A DNA stretch of 64,000 nt, taken from Thermoanaerobaculia bacterium. Its GTDB lineage: Bacteria > Acidobacteriota > Thermoanaerobaculia > Gp7-AA8. The stretch lies in assembly GCA_038244715.1 (NCBI GenBank), contig JBBRTE010000011.1, forward strand, positions 75,386 through 139,385, written 5' to 3'. How positions within the stretch are numbered: position 1 is the stretch's first letter; the number at the start of each line of letters is the position of its first letter. Both the position numbers and the translations under genes were made by a program. A model generated the notes under the pieces. The model was given only the letters and a program-made list of their open reading frames with translations, was not told the DNA's origin and ran no database searches. Below, one piece after another: positions 1-8,130 of this stretch.

Positions 1-218
1 GCGCCGTGGCCCAGGGCATCAAGAAGGAACGGGCCGCGCTCAACGGCAGCGCCGGCGATGCCTATGTCAGCCTGCAGCTGATCGATGCGCTGCAGAAGAA
101 GGAGATCCGTCAGATCCCGAAACTTCCCAACGGCAACGTGATCATCGACGGGAACAAACTGCTCGAACAACTCGGCGTCATTCAATACCAGCAACAGAAA
201 GCAGCCTCGGACCAGTAA
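1..218 (+). CDS. 3' end of an SPFH/band-7 (stomatin/prohibitin-like) protein; the 5' end lies outside the window
   Basis: The reading frame is open from the window edge to TAA at 216-218. The C-terminal motif 'NGNVIIDGNKLLEQL' resembles SPFH-family tails. The family assignment rests on weak recollection of the motif only. Confidence 0.3.
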   Translation, partial: AVAQGIKKERAALNGSAGDAYVSLQLIDALQKKEIRQIPKLPNGNVIIDGNKLLEQLGVIQYQQQKAASDQ

Positions 219-809
219 ATGCTCAATATCGCCGGCGCCGACTACGACTACGCGCAAGTCGTGTACGTGGTGCTGCAGGAATGCGAACACCGCCGCCGCG
301 GCTTCGAAGCGGCGGACCTCGACGCGGAGGTGCTCGCCTGCGCGAAGGAGAAACTCGCGGAGATCAAGGCAACCTTCGACGAGTTCGGCGGATCCGCGTC
401 CTATTGGGAAGCGTTGGAGAAAGAGGTGACCGAAGTGGTCATCCCGCAATATCTGGCGGAGTCTCGAACGGAAATGGAGCTGGAGCGCAACAGCTTCGGC
501 GTCTGGCGCGACGGCGACCTCGCGGCACGTTTCGCCTTCGCGCTGGCCGGGCTGTTCATCGGCAGCATCATCATCGCACTGCCGTTCATCCCGATCGTCG
601 AAGACATGTTTGCGTTCGCTCTGACGGTGATCGGATTTCTCTACCCCGAGCTCAAGCGGTTCCTGCACGAACGCCGGTACGCGAAGGCGCTCAACGGCAT
701 TGTCGACGACAGTGCCCGCTATCAGGAGAACGGGCGGCTTCACTACATGACCACGAGCGACATCCGGAACGCATTCGATCCCAACGATCCCCGCCGCCTC
801 CCGCCCTGA
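219..809 (+). CDS. hypothetical membrane protein (196 aa) with two hydrophobic helices in the C-terminal half
   Basis: The ATG directly follows the TAA of the upstream ORF. There is one long hydrophobic stretch, 'FAFALAGLFIGSIIIALPFIPIVEDMFAFALTVIGFLYP'. No recognisable catalytic motif is present. Confidence 0.4.
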   Translation: MLNIAGADYDYAQVVYVVLQECEHRRRGFEAADLDAEVLACAKEKLAEIKATFDEFGGSASYWEALEKEVTEVVIPQYLAESRTEMELERNSFGVWRDGDLAARFAFALAGLFIGSIIIALPFIPIVEDMFAFALTVIGFLYPELKRFLHERRYAKALNGIVDDSARYQENGRLHYMTTSDIRNAFDPNDPRRLPP

Positions 810-825
810 CGAGACGCGTGCGGAT

Positions 826-1872
826 TCAGTCCTGCTCCGCGGCCAGCTCTTCGTGCTTTTCGACGGTGTCGTCCGGCAACTGGTCGCGCAGCCACAGCCG
901 CTCGACGATCGGATACGCCGCCACGAAAGGAAGAATCAGAATCGCGCCGGCCACTCCCTGCAACGTGCCGCCCACCATGATCGCCAGCAGGACGGTCAGC
1001 GTCGAGAGCCGCATCTGCTTCCCGTAGACCCGCGGCACGATGAAGTAGCTCTCCACCAGGTGATAGAGCATGTATCCCCCGAAAACGAACAGCGCCCTCA
1101 TCGGCCCCAGCGTCAAGGCCAGCAACAACGCGGGAACGGTCATGACGATCGTCCCCACGACCGGCAGGAGATCGGCGAGGAAGGCGATGACGGCCAGCGG
1201 GAGCGCGGCGGGGACGCCCGCGAGCACCAGGACCAGATAGGCCCAGGCGGCGCAGATGAAGCAGGTGATCACCTGCCCGCGCATGTACGCCAGGACTACT
1301 TCGCTCATCTCGACGCCGGTCTGTCTCAGCCTGGCCCGACGGTTTTTCGGCGCGAAATCGATCAGCCACTCGAATACCGTGCGGCCCTCGATCAGCAGAT
1401 AGAGCGCCACGACGATGACGAAGATCATCGCGGTGATGACCTCGATCGCGTACTTGCCGGCGATGAATCCCCGCATCAGCCAGACTTTCACCTCTGCCGG
1501 TGCGCTTCCGTGCAGGCGCTTGAGATAGGGCGCGAGGGCGGGGTAGCGCTGCCCCACGCTCTGCTCGATGCGCGGCAGCTGCCTCGAGACCTCGATCACC
1601 TGATCACTCATGGCCGGAACGATCACCGCGAAAAAGACGACCAGCAACCCGAGCATCAAGGCACCGATCACGATGACGCCGAACGGCCTGCGCAGGCGAC
1701 GACGTTCCAGGTAGAGGACCAGCGGATCGAACATTACCGCCAGAAGAACCGCCACCACCATCATCAGAATGACCGGCCAGAGCCTGATGACGCAGAGGAA
1801 GAGGAGCAGCGTCAGAGCGACTTTCAATAGCGTCGTGAACGGGATGCGCAGCTCCATCGGGTCGGGCATCTT
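826..1872 (-). CDS. AI-2E family transporter (PerM/UPF0118-like permease)
   Basis: Multi-TM protein whose C-terminal half is typical of the AI-2E family ('...LPVVGTIVMTVPALLLAL...LYHLVESYFIVPRVYGKQMRLSTLTVLLAI...'). The start was chosen at the internal 'MPDPMELRIP...' ATG, because the upstream extension of the 415-aa ORF is hydrophilic junk. Confidence 0.8.
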   Translation of the reverse strand, partial: KMPDPMELRIPFTTLLKVALTLLLFLCVIRLWPVILMMVVAVLLAVMFDPLVLYLERRRLRRPFGVIVIGALMLGLLVVFFAVIVPAMSDQVIEVSRQLPRIEQSVGQRYPALAPYLKRLHGSAPAEVKVWLMRGFIAGKYAIEVITAMIFVIVVALYLLIEGRTVFEWLIDFAPKNRRARLRQTGVEMSEVVLAYMRGQVITCFICAAWAYLVLVLAGVPAALPLAVIAFLADLLPVVGTIVMTVPALLLALTLGPMRALFVFGGYMLYHLVESYFIVPRVYGKQMRLSTLTVLLAIMVGGTLQGVAGAILILPFVAAYPIVERLWLRDQLPDDTVEKHEELAAEQD

Positions 1873-1951
1873 GTTACGTAATGCACAACGCCCGCCGTCG
1901 CGGATACCGGGGTGCGTTATCCTCCTCCGCGCAAAACGAAGGAGATCAACC

Positions 1952-3004
1952 ATGCGGAAACTTGTTATGGCCATTGCTATCCTCGCAGCGGTATCCGCAC
2001 GCGCGGAGCAGAAGAACGTGCAGTTGCTGACCAACCTCTCGGACGCACAAGTCGGACTGGCCATGAACAACATGTCGGCCTCACTCGGAGTCCATTGCGA
2101 TTTCTGTCACGTCTTCAACGAGCAAGCGAAGGCGCTCGACTTCCCCAACGACGCCAAGCCGGAGAAGAAGACCGCGCGCGAGATGATCCGCATGGTCCTC
2201 GACCTGAACGAGAAAAACTTCAAAGGCCGTCCCATCGTCGGTTGCTACACCTGCCATCTCGGCAAGACCAATCCTTCCTCGATGATCAAGTTTCCGCTCG
2301 CGCCGGCCGCGAAGGAAGAGTCCGACGAAGCCCGGGCCGCTGAGCGCAAGACCTATCCCACCGCGAAAGAGCTGCTGGCGAAGTACACGACGGCCATCGG
2401 CGGCGACGCGGCGATGAAGAAGCTGGCTACCGCACCGATGTCGGCGAAAGCCAGCCGCACAGACGCTGCGGGACGCTCGATGCCGATCGAGGTCTACAGC
2501 ACCGGCGGCAGGATCCTCGTGCACTCCACGCCCACGGAAGGACCAGCCATGACGACGATGGCCGGCCCCGAGAGCGGCTGGATGCAGGGGCGGCAGGGGC
2601 TGCGCTCCTTCACGGGCGCGGACGCAGCGACCAGTCTGATGTTTGCGCGCGCGTATGAGCCGGTCACCTCGCTGCCCGACAACGCGCGGGTCTTCGGCAA
2701 GGAGACGATCGACGGTCACGACACGTGGTCGATCGGAGCGCAGATCGACGAGCACACGCGAGAGCGGGTGTGGTTCGACGCTGCGACGGGCCTTCCGCTG
2801 CGGCGCATCATCACGGTCGACTCACCCGTCGGCCGCATTCCCACCCAGACCGATTTCGACGACTACCGCGACGTCGCCGGCGTCAAAGTGCCCTTCACGG
2901 TGCATGTCTCCAGCGTCAACGGCGGGCAGAACGCGACGCGGAAATACAGCGCGATCGAGCTGGGCGCGGCCGTCGACGAGAAGATGTTTGACGCCCCAAA
3001 ATAG
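1952..3004 (+). CDS. secreted di-haem c-type cytochrome of the reaction-centre cytochrome-c-subunit-like family, with a C-terminal beta-rich LolA-like domain
   Basis: A signal peptide 'MRKLVMAIAILAAVSARA' is preceded by the RBS AAGGAG. There are two CxxCH motifs (CDFCH, CYTCH), separated by the 'KKTAREMIRMV' motif seen in this family. The C-terminal 200 aa form a domain of unknown function. Confidence 0.65.
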   Translation: MRKLVMAIAILAAVSARAEQKNVQLLTNLSDAQVGLAMNNMSASLGVHCDFCHVFNEQAKALDFPNDAKPEKKTAREMIRMVLDLNEKNFKGRPIVGCYTCHLGKTNPSSMIKFPLAPAAKEESDEARAAERKTYPTAKELLAKYTTAIGGDAAMKKLATAPMSAKASRTDAAGRSMPIEVYSTGGRILVHSTPTEGPAMTTMAGPESGWMQGRQGLRSFTGADAATSLMFARAYEPVTSLPDNARVFGKETIDGHDTWSIGAQIDEHTRERVWFDAATGLPLRRIITVDSPVGRIPTQTDFDDYRDVAGVKVPFTVHVSSVNGGQNATRKYSAIELGAAVDEKMFDAPK

Positions 3005-3021
3005 AACGAGGAGTTGCCTGA

Positions 3022-3046
3022 GGCACTCGGCCTCGTGCCGAGTGCC
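3022..3046 (+). promoter_or_regulatory. perfect 10-bp stem-loop (GGCACTCGGC-CTCGT-GCCGAGTGCC) in the cytochrome/amidase intercistronic space
   Basis: The inverted repeat was read directly from the sequence. It is not followed by a T-run, so it is probably not an intrinsic terminator. It sits 15 nt upstream of the amidase start. Confidence 0.3.
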
Positions 3047-3060
3047 GTACTATTGAGGGG

Positions 3061-4077
3061 ATGCGGGGCGGACCGATGGACCGGGTGAAGCGGCAGGTGC
3101 TGCGTGAGGCGGTGGTGGATAACCTCGATACGATTCGAGGCCTCCCACCGCGCTCGTTGCGCCCGTCGCGCCGCCTCGGACATCTTTTCCTGCGCCGCGC
3201 GCCACTGGTCATCATCCCGCTGATGCTGGCCACGTTCGCCTTTCTCAGCAACACGGGCGGCCCGGCTGCGGCGAACACCGTTCCCACGCCGGCGCGGCCG
3301 CCGGCTCCCCATCAGACCGCCCTTCATGCAGCACCCATTCTTCTGTCGGACACGCTTCAGCCGATCAGTGCCTCGGCGTTTCCGCTGTCGGTTCATCGCG
3401 TGGTTCTCGACGCCGGTCACGGCGGCACGGATCCGGGCGCGTCGTCCTCGTCGAACCTCAGCGAGAAAGAGATCACGCTGGACATCCAGAACCGGCTGAG
3501 CACTTTGTTGCGCAGGAACGGATTCGAGGTCGTCGTCACTCGCGCGGACGATCGCCTGATCCCGCTGCGCGAGCGCGCCCGGCTGGCGAACGGATCGGCG
3601 TCGGACATCTTCGTCTCGATTCACGTGAACTCCATCCCCCACCCCGACAACCACGGCGTGGAGACGTACTACCTCGGTCCCACCAACGATCCCACCCTCA
3701 CGCAGCTAGCCGCTGCGGAGAACCGAACGTCGGGTTACGCGCTCGCCGATCTCCGCAAGCTGCTCGATGGCGTCTATGCGGACGTTCGTCGCGATGAGTC
3801 GCATCGCCTTGCCACCGCCGTGCAGCACCAGTTGTTCAGCGGCTTGAGCGGCGTCGATCCCGGCCTGGAGAACTGGGGCGTCAAACGGGCACCGTTCATC
3901 GTGCTTGTCGCCACGGAGATGCCGGCCATCCTCGCCGAGGTGGGGTGCCTCTCCAATCAGCGCGAGGCGGAGATGCTGCACAGCGCCGCATATCGCGAAC
4001 AGATCGCGCAGGCGCTCTTCCACGGAATCCATACATACGCCAGCGCCAATGACGCGCCACAGAGGAAGGGAACCTAA
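3061..4077 (+). CDS. N-acetylmuramoyl-L-alanine amidase (Amidase_3, AmiC/CwlD-like) with an N-terminal TM anchor and a Pro-rich linker
   Basis: Amidase_3 signature 'VVLDAGHGGTDPGA...EKEITLDIQNRL...GFEVVVTRADD...IFVSIHVNS' precedes a C-terminal 'AILAEVGCLSNQREAEML' region. The RBS GAGGGG lies upstream. Confidence 0.8.
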   Translation: MRGGPMDRVKRQVLREAVVDNLDTIRGLPPRSLRPSRRLGHLFLRRAPLVIIPLMLATFAFLSNTGGPAAANTVPTPARPPAPHQTALHAAPILLSDTLQPISASAFPLSVHRVVLDAGHGGTDPGASSSSNLSEKEITLDIQNRLSTLLRRNGFEVVVTRADDRLIPLRERARLANGSASDIFVSIHVNSIPHPDNHGVETYYLGPTNDPTLTQLAAAENRTSGYALADLRKLLDGVYADVRRDESHRLATAVQHQLFSGLSGVDPGLENWGVKRAPFIVLVATEMPAILAEVGCLSNQREAEMLHSAAYREQIAQALFHGIHTYASANDAPQRKGT

Positions 4078-5111
4078 TGCCTAATGAATCCGAGATCCTC
4101 CACGTCGGGATCGACCTCGGCACATCGCGCAGCGCCATCTCCGCGTCGAACGGGGAGCGCTTCGTTGTCGACAGCTTCGTCGGCTGGCCCGCCGACATGG
4201 TCGCGAAGAAAGTCCTCAAGCGCGATGTCCTTATCGGCCATGAAGCCGTGACCAATCGCACAATGCTCGACCTCCATCGTCCGCTGGAGCGGGGACTGCT
4301 CAAGGAAGGTTCGGAGAAGGACGTCGAGGCCGTGCGCGAGCTGCTCAAGCATCTGCTCCGCCTGGTCGGGGTCAGTTCGAACGGCAAAGTGGACAGCTCC
4401 AATGTGCGCGCCGTCGTCGGCGTCCCCGCGGCCGCGCTGCGCACCAACAAGCAGTACCTGCGCAACTCGATGAAAGGCATCGTCGACAGCCTGATGATCG
4501 TCAGCGAGCCGTTCGCCGTCGCCTACGGATTGAATGCGCTGCTGCACACGATGATCATCGACATCGGCGCCGGCACCACCGACTTCTGCGTCATGAAGGG
4601 CCGCTACCCCAGTGAAGAGGATCAGAGGACGCTGACCATCGCCGGCGACTCGCTCGACACGCAGCTTCTGAAACTGATCGAAGAGCGCTATCCCCAGGCG
4701 ACCGTCAGCGTCTACATGGTGCGGGAGTGGAAGGAAAAGTTCAGCTTCGTGGGTGAGGCGCCGAAACGGTTGCTGGTCACCGCTCCGGTCAAAGGCGTTC
4801 CGACGGAGCTCGACATCACGAACGAGATGAAAGCCGCCTGCGAGACGCTGCTCGGGCCGGCGATCGAGACGATGCTCGACCTGCTCTCCCGCGTCGAGCC
4901 CGAGTTTCAGGAGAAGGTTCGCAACAACATCATCCTGTCGGGCGGCGGAGGTCTCATCCGCAATCTCGACAAGACGCTCGAAGAAGCGCTCAAACAGTTC
5001 GGCGGCGGCACGGTGACGCACATGAAGGATCCTGTATTCGTCGGCTCCGACGGCGGCCTGGCGTTGGCACTCGACGCGCCGGACAGCGATTGGGAGAAGT
5101 TGACGGCCTAG
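4077..5111 (+). CDS. actin-like ATPase of the MamK family (bacterial actin homologue)
   Basis: Motifs match a MamK sequence recalled from memory and run collinearly along the protein: 'GIDLGTSRSAI', 'FVGWPADMV', 'VVGVPAAA', 'VSEPFAVAYGL', 'IIDIGAGTTDFCVMKG', 'EKFSFVGE', 'ILSGGGGLIRNL', 'KDPVFVGSDGGLALA'. The recalled MamK sequence itself is unverified. The start ATG overlaps the amidase stop codon (TAATG). Confidence 0.75.
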   Translation: MPNESEILHVGIDLGTSRSAISASNGERFVVDSFVGWPADMVAKKVLKRDVLIGHEAVTNRTMLDLHRPLERGLLKEGSEKDVEAVRELLKHLLRLVGVSSNGKVDSSNVRAVVGVPAAALRTNKQYLRNSMKGIVDSLMIVSEPFAVAYGLNALLHTMIIDIGAGTTDFCVMKGRYPSEEDQRTLTIAGDSLDTQLLKLIEERYPQATVSVYMVREWKEKFSFVGEAPKRLLVTAPVKGVPTELDITNEMKAACETLLGPAIETMLDLLSRVEPEFQEKVRNNIILSGGGGLIRNLDKTLEEALKQFGGGTVTHMKDPVFVGSDGGLALALDAPDSDWEKLTA

Positions 5112-5353
5112 GTCTCAGGAAAACCGTGCACCGTCCTGCCGATCGCAAGGTCCCTCTCCCCGCTGCGCGGGGCGAGGGTTGCTCGCGCAGAAAAGAACCG
5201 TCGCCGTGATGTCGATCGCGAGGTCCTTGCCCCACGAAAGCAGGAGCGGATTGCTCGCGCGGAAGAGCGCCCCGAGCGACAAAGGTTCCCTGAAAAACGA
5301 GCGTTTGGTGGTACCGCACGAGCGTTTGGTGGGTCCGTGGCCCGCCTCTTCGC

Positions 5354-5902
5354 TCACTCCTCAGCCATCTCGAGTAGAGCGTTCACCGTGTTCCAGTTTC
5401 TCGCCGTCACGTTCACTCCGATCTTCTTCTCGGTCAGCGCGTTGGCGATCTTCGAGTCGGCGATGCCGCCGGGGAGATAGAGATACAACTCGCGGGCTCC
5501 GCAATGAAGATGTTCGGTCGAGGATTTCAGAGCGGATAGCGTCGCCACTCCGGCATCGCCGATCTCGCCGGCCAGAAAGGCCACGAGCAGTGCCTTCGGA
5601 TTGACATCGTCCATGCAGGCAAACGGATTTGCGGTGATCACTGCCCGCAACTCGTCGGGGGTCCGCAGGATGACCTTCGCGTCGAACCCGCTGGCGTCGC
5701 GAATCGCCAACTCGATCATTGTCACCAGCGCCGCCGGCTTCCCGGCGCTCCGAAAGACGATGTTCCCGCTCTGGAGATACGTTCGGACGGCGCTCAGTCC
5801 CTGCGACTGACACGCCGCCCGGAGCGCATCCATCTTCAGCTTCTTGTTGCCCCCGACGTTGATACCGCGAATGAAGCCGATGAAGTGCTGAGTTGCGGGC
5901 AT
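5354..5902 (-). CDS. DUF1697 family protein
   Basis: The N-terminus 'FIGFIRGINVGGNKKLKMDALR' matches the DUF1697 signature. The size, 182 aa, is typical for the family. Confidence 0.7.
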   Translation of the reverse strand: MPATQHFIGFIRGINVGGNKKLKMDALRAACQSQGLSAVRTYLQSGNIVFRSAGKPAALVTMIELAIRDASGFDAKVILRTPDELRAVITANPFACMDDVNPKALLVAFLAGEIGDAGVATLSALKSSTEHLHCGARELYLYLPGGIADSKIANALTEKKIGVNVTARNWNTVNALLEMAEE

Positions 5903-5968
5903 GACTTCATTATGACGCCGCGGTATGCGACGGTGCCATCGGCACGCTGCGCTATCATTCCGTCACTC

Positions 5969-8056
5969 ATGTCCGCTTTCCCCTGCATCAAGTGCGGCGC
6001 CGAGATCGACCGCGCCTTCAAAGCCTGTCCACACTGCGGTGAGCCGGTCACGGACTTCCTCCGTGAATACGCCGACAAGCCGATCGACGGGAAGTATCGA
6101 ATCATCCAGCGCCTCGGCATCGGCGGGATGGGCGAGGTCTTCAAGGTCGAGCACACCTTCCTGGGCTCGATCCGCGTCGTCAAGATCATCCGTGCCCAGA
6201 TCTCATCGAGCAGCGATGCCCACGAGCGATTCCTGCGCGAGGCGCGGCTAGCCACCAAGGTTCAGCACCCGAACGTGGCCACGCTCCACGATTTCTCCGC
6301 ACTCCCGGACGGCTCCCACTACATGGTCTGGGAGTACATCGAAGGACAGAACCTGGCGCAGATTCTCCGGCAGCAGGGAATCCTGGCGCCGAAGCACGCC
6401 GTGAGGATCGCCATCCAGGCGCTGGCCGGTCTCGAGGCCATCCACCGCGCCGGAATCGTTCACCGCGACATCAGTCCGGAGAACATCATGATCACGCACG
6501 CGCGCGATGGCTCCGAGTTCGCGAAGATCATCGACCTCGGTGTGGCCAAGGTCGCGGAGTCCGATGCCGGCATGACGCAGACCGGCATGTTCGTCGGCAA
6601 GTTCCGCTACGCCTCTCCCGACCACCTCGGCTTTCTTCCCGCTGGCGAGCGGATCGACGAGCGCGCCGACCTCTACTCGCTGGCCGTCGTCCTGTACGAG
6701 ATGCTGACGGGCCGGCCACCCTTCGAAGCCACCTCCCCGCACGAGTACATCATTCATCACTCGAAAGACGAGTACCTGAACTCTCCCGACCTCGATCGCA
6801 TCACCGGAAGTCCGGCGTTGCAGGAGGTCCTCGCGCGCGGGCTCGACCGCGATCGCAACAAGCGCTATGCAACCGCACGCGAATTCTCCGACGCGCTCGC
6901 GGTCATCGAACCTACGCTCCCGGATGAGACCGCGAAGACGGTTTCTCTCGCCTTCGACGCCGACGCCACGATGGTGACGGAGCGGACGCGCAGCGGTCAG
7001 CCTCCACCGGTCACCGGCGCGGCCACGATGGCGCCAGCCGGGACCGCGTCACCTGCGACGCGCGCCGTTACCGCTGCGTCTGTCGCGCCCGCCGCCTCCG
7101 TCGTGCCCGCGGTATCCCCAACGATGGCGCAATCCGTTACGCGGCCGGCAGTACGACCGGAGAAGTCTCCCGCAATGGACGCGCCCGCCACCGTCATCGA
7201 CCCGATGCCGATGCCCGCGGCACCGCTCACCCCCGCTCCCCCACCCGCGGCAGCGGCCCCCGCGCGTGCACCGGGACCGCGCACCGGCACCATCATCGTC
7301 ATCAGCGTCCTGGTCCTGCTTCTCCTCGGCGCCGTTGCCGTGATCGCCTTCATGCGTTTCCGCTCGCAGTTCTTCTCGACATCGACCTCGAGCACCACAA
7401 CGGCCACGACCGCGACCATGACCTCCAGCGCGTCGACCGCGAAACCATCACAGACCAGTGTCGACGTCACGCCACCTGTCCCCGTCATCGTCGATAACAC
7501 CACCGGGACGGCGACGGTAACCACGGCGACAATGATCACCGCGCCCGTCACGACCACTACGGCCGCTCCCATCGTCCAGCCACCGACGACGACGCGCGCT
7601 CCAGTGAAGCCGCGACCGGTGCCCGTTCCGGAGCCCGCTCCGGTCGAGGAAGCTCCGGTTCCGGAACCGGAGCCGGCACCGTCCTCAGCCCCCGTCACGT
7701 ACCGCGAGAAAGGCGACGGGAACGCGAACGACGCGGCCCTCGCCGCACTGCACCAGCAGATCGGCGGCGCCTCCCGCGTTTACCTGAGCGGCGGCGACGC
7801 GGAGATGATCAATGATCTCTACAAGTCGATCCGCGCGGCGGGCGTGAGCATCGGCGAAGGCGCGCCGGTCGAGATTCGCTTCACCGGTTCGGTCGACTCG
7901 AAGGGATTCGGCCGGAAGAGCCGTGGCGCGAACGCCACGATCAAGAAGAACGGCCGGGTGATCTTCCAGTACGCGATGCCCCGCGAGGATTACCGCGTAG
8001 GCGACAGCCCGGCCGAGGCATTCGCGAGAATCCTGACTGAGGCGCTGTCGAAGTAA
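5969..8056 (+). CDS. Ser/Thr protein kinase with an N-terminal zinc ribbon, one TM helix, Pro/Thr-rich linkers and a C-terminal extracytoplasmic domain of unknown function
   Basis: 'CIKCGAEIDRAFKACPHCGEP' forms the zinc ribbon. The Hanks kinase motifs are 'GIGGMGEVFK...VKII', 'HRDISPENIM' and 'DLGVAK'. The TM helix is 'TIIVISVLVLLLLGAVAVIAFM', followed by a T-rich low-complexity stretch and a roughly 130-aa C-terminal domain. Confidence 0.8.
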   Translation: MSAFPCIKCGAEIDRAFKACPHCGEPVTDFLREYADKPIDGKYRIIQRLGIGGMGEVFKVEHTFLGSIRVVKIIRAQISSSSDAHERFLREARLATKVQHPNVATLHDFSALPDGSHYMVWEYIEGQNLAQILRQQGILAPKHAVRIAIQALAGLEAIHRAGIVHRDISPENIMITHARDGSEFAKIIDLGVAKVAESDAGMTQTGMFVGKFRYASPDHLGFLPAGERIDERADLYSLAVVLYEMLTGRPPFEATSPHEYIIHHSKDEYLNSPDLDRITGSPALQEVLARGLDRDRNKRYATAREFSDALAVIEPTLPDETAKTVSLAFDADATMVTERTRSGQPPPVTGAATMAPAGTASPATRAVTAASVAPAASVVPAVSPTMAQSVTRPAVRPEKSPAMDAPATVIDPMPMPAAPLTPAPPPAAAAPARAPGPRTGTIIVISVLVLLLLGAVAVIAFMRFRSQFFSTSTSSTTTATTATMTSSASTAKPSQTSVDVTPPVPVIVDNTTGTATVTTATMITAPVTTTTAAPIVQPPTTTRAPVKPRPVPVPEPAPVEEAPVPEPEPAPSSAPVTYREKGDGNANDAALAALHQQIGGASRVYLSGGDAEMINDLYKSIRAAGVSIGEGAPVEIRFTGSVDSKGFGRKSRGANATIKKNGRVIFQYAMPREDYRVGDSPAEAFARILTEALSK

Positions 8057-8130
8057 GGCGACGCCATCGCGCTCGGGGCCGAGCCTCTGATCCGGAAAGG
8101 GGCCAGGTTGACCCCTTTCCGATCCTTGTT

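Noticed and set aside
216-221. Two adjacent same-frame ORFs (6-218 and 219-809) considered as another read-through or selenoprotein case
   Set aside because: The separating stop is TAA, not TGA. The two products have unrelated character (SPFH-like tail versus small membrane protein). It is best treated as two genes with a TAA-ATG junction.
281-1830. Overlapping alternative-frame ORFs (248 aa and 325 aa +) across the 219-809 gene and antisense to the AI-2E transporter
   Set aside because: The translations are Arg/Gly/His-rich low complexity. The AI-2E transporter frame carries clear family motifs.
1952-5111. Possibility that the cytochrome-amidase-MamK-like genes are part of a magnetosome island, with the CxxCH pairs read as magnetochrome
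   Set aside because: The CxxCH spacing and surrounding motifs fit the reaction-centre cytochrome-c family, not magnetochrome. No mamA/B/E/I/L/M/O/P/Q-like genes are present anywhere in the window.
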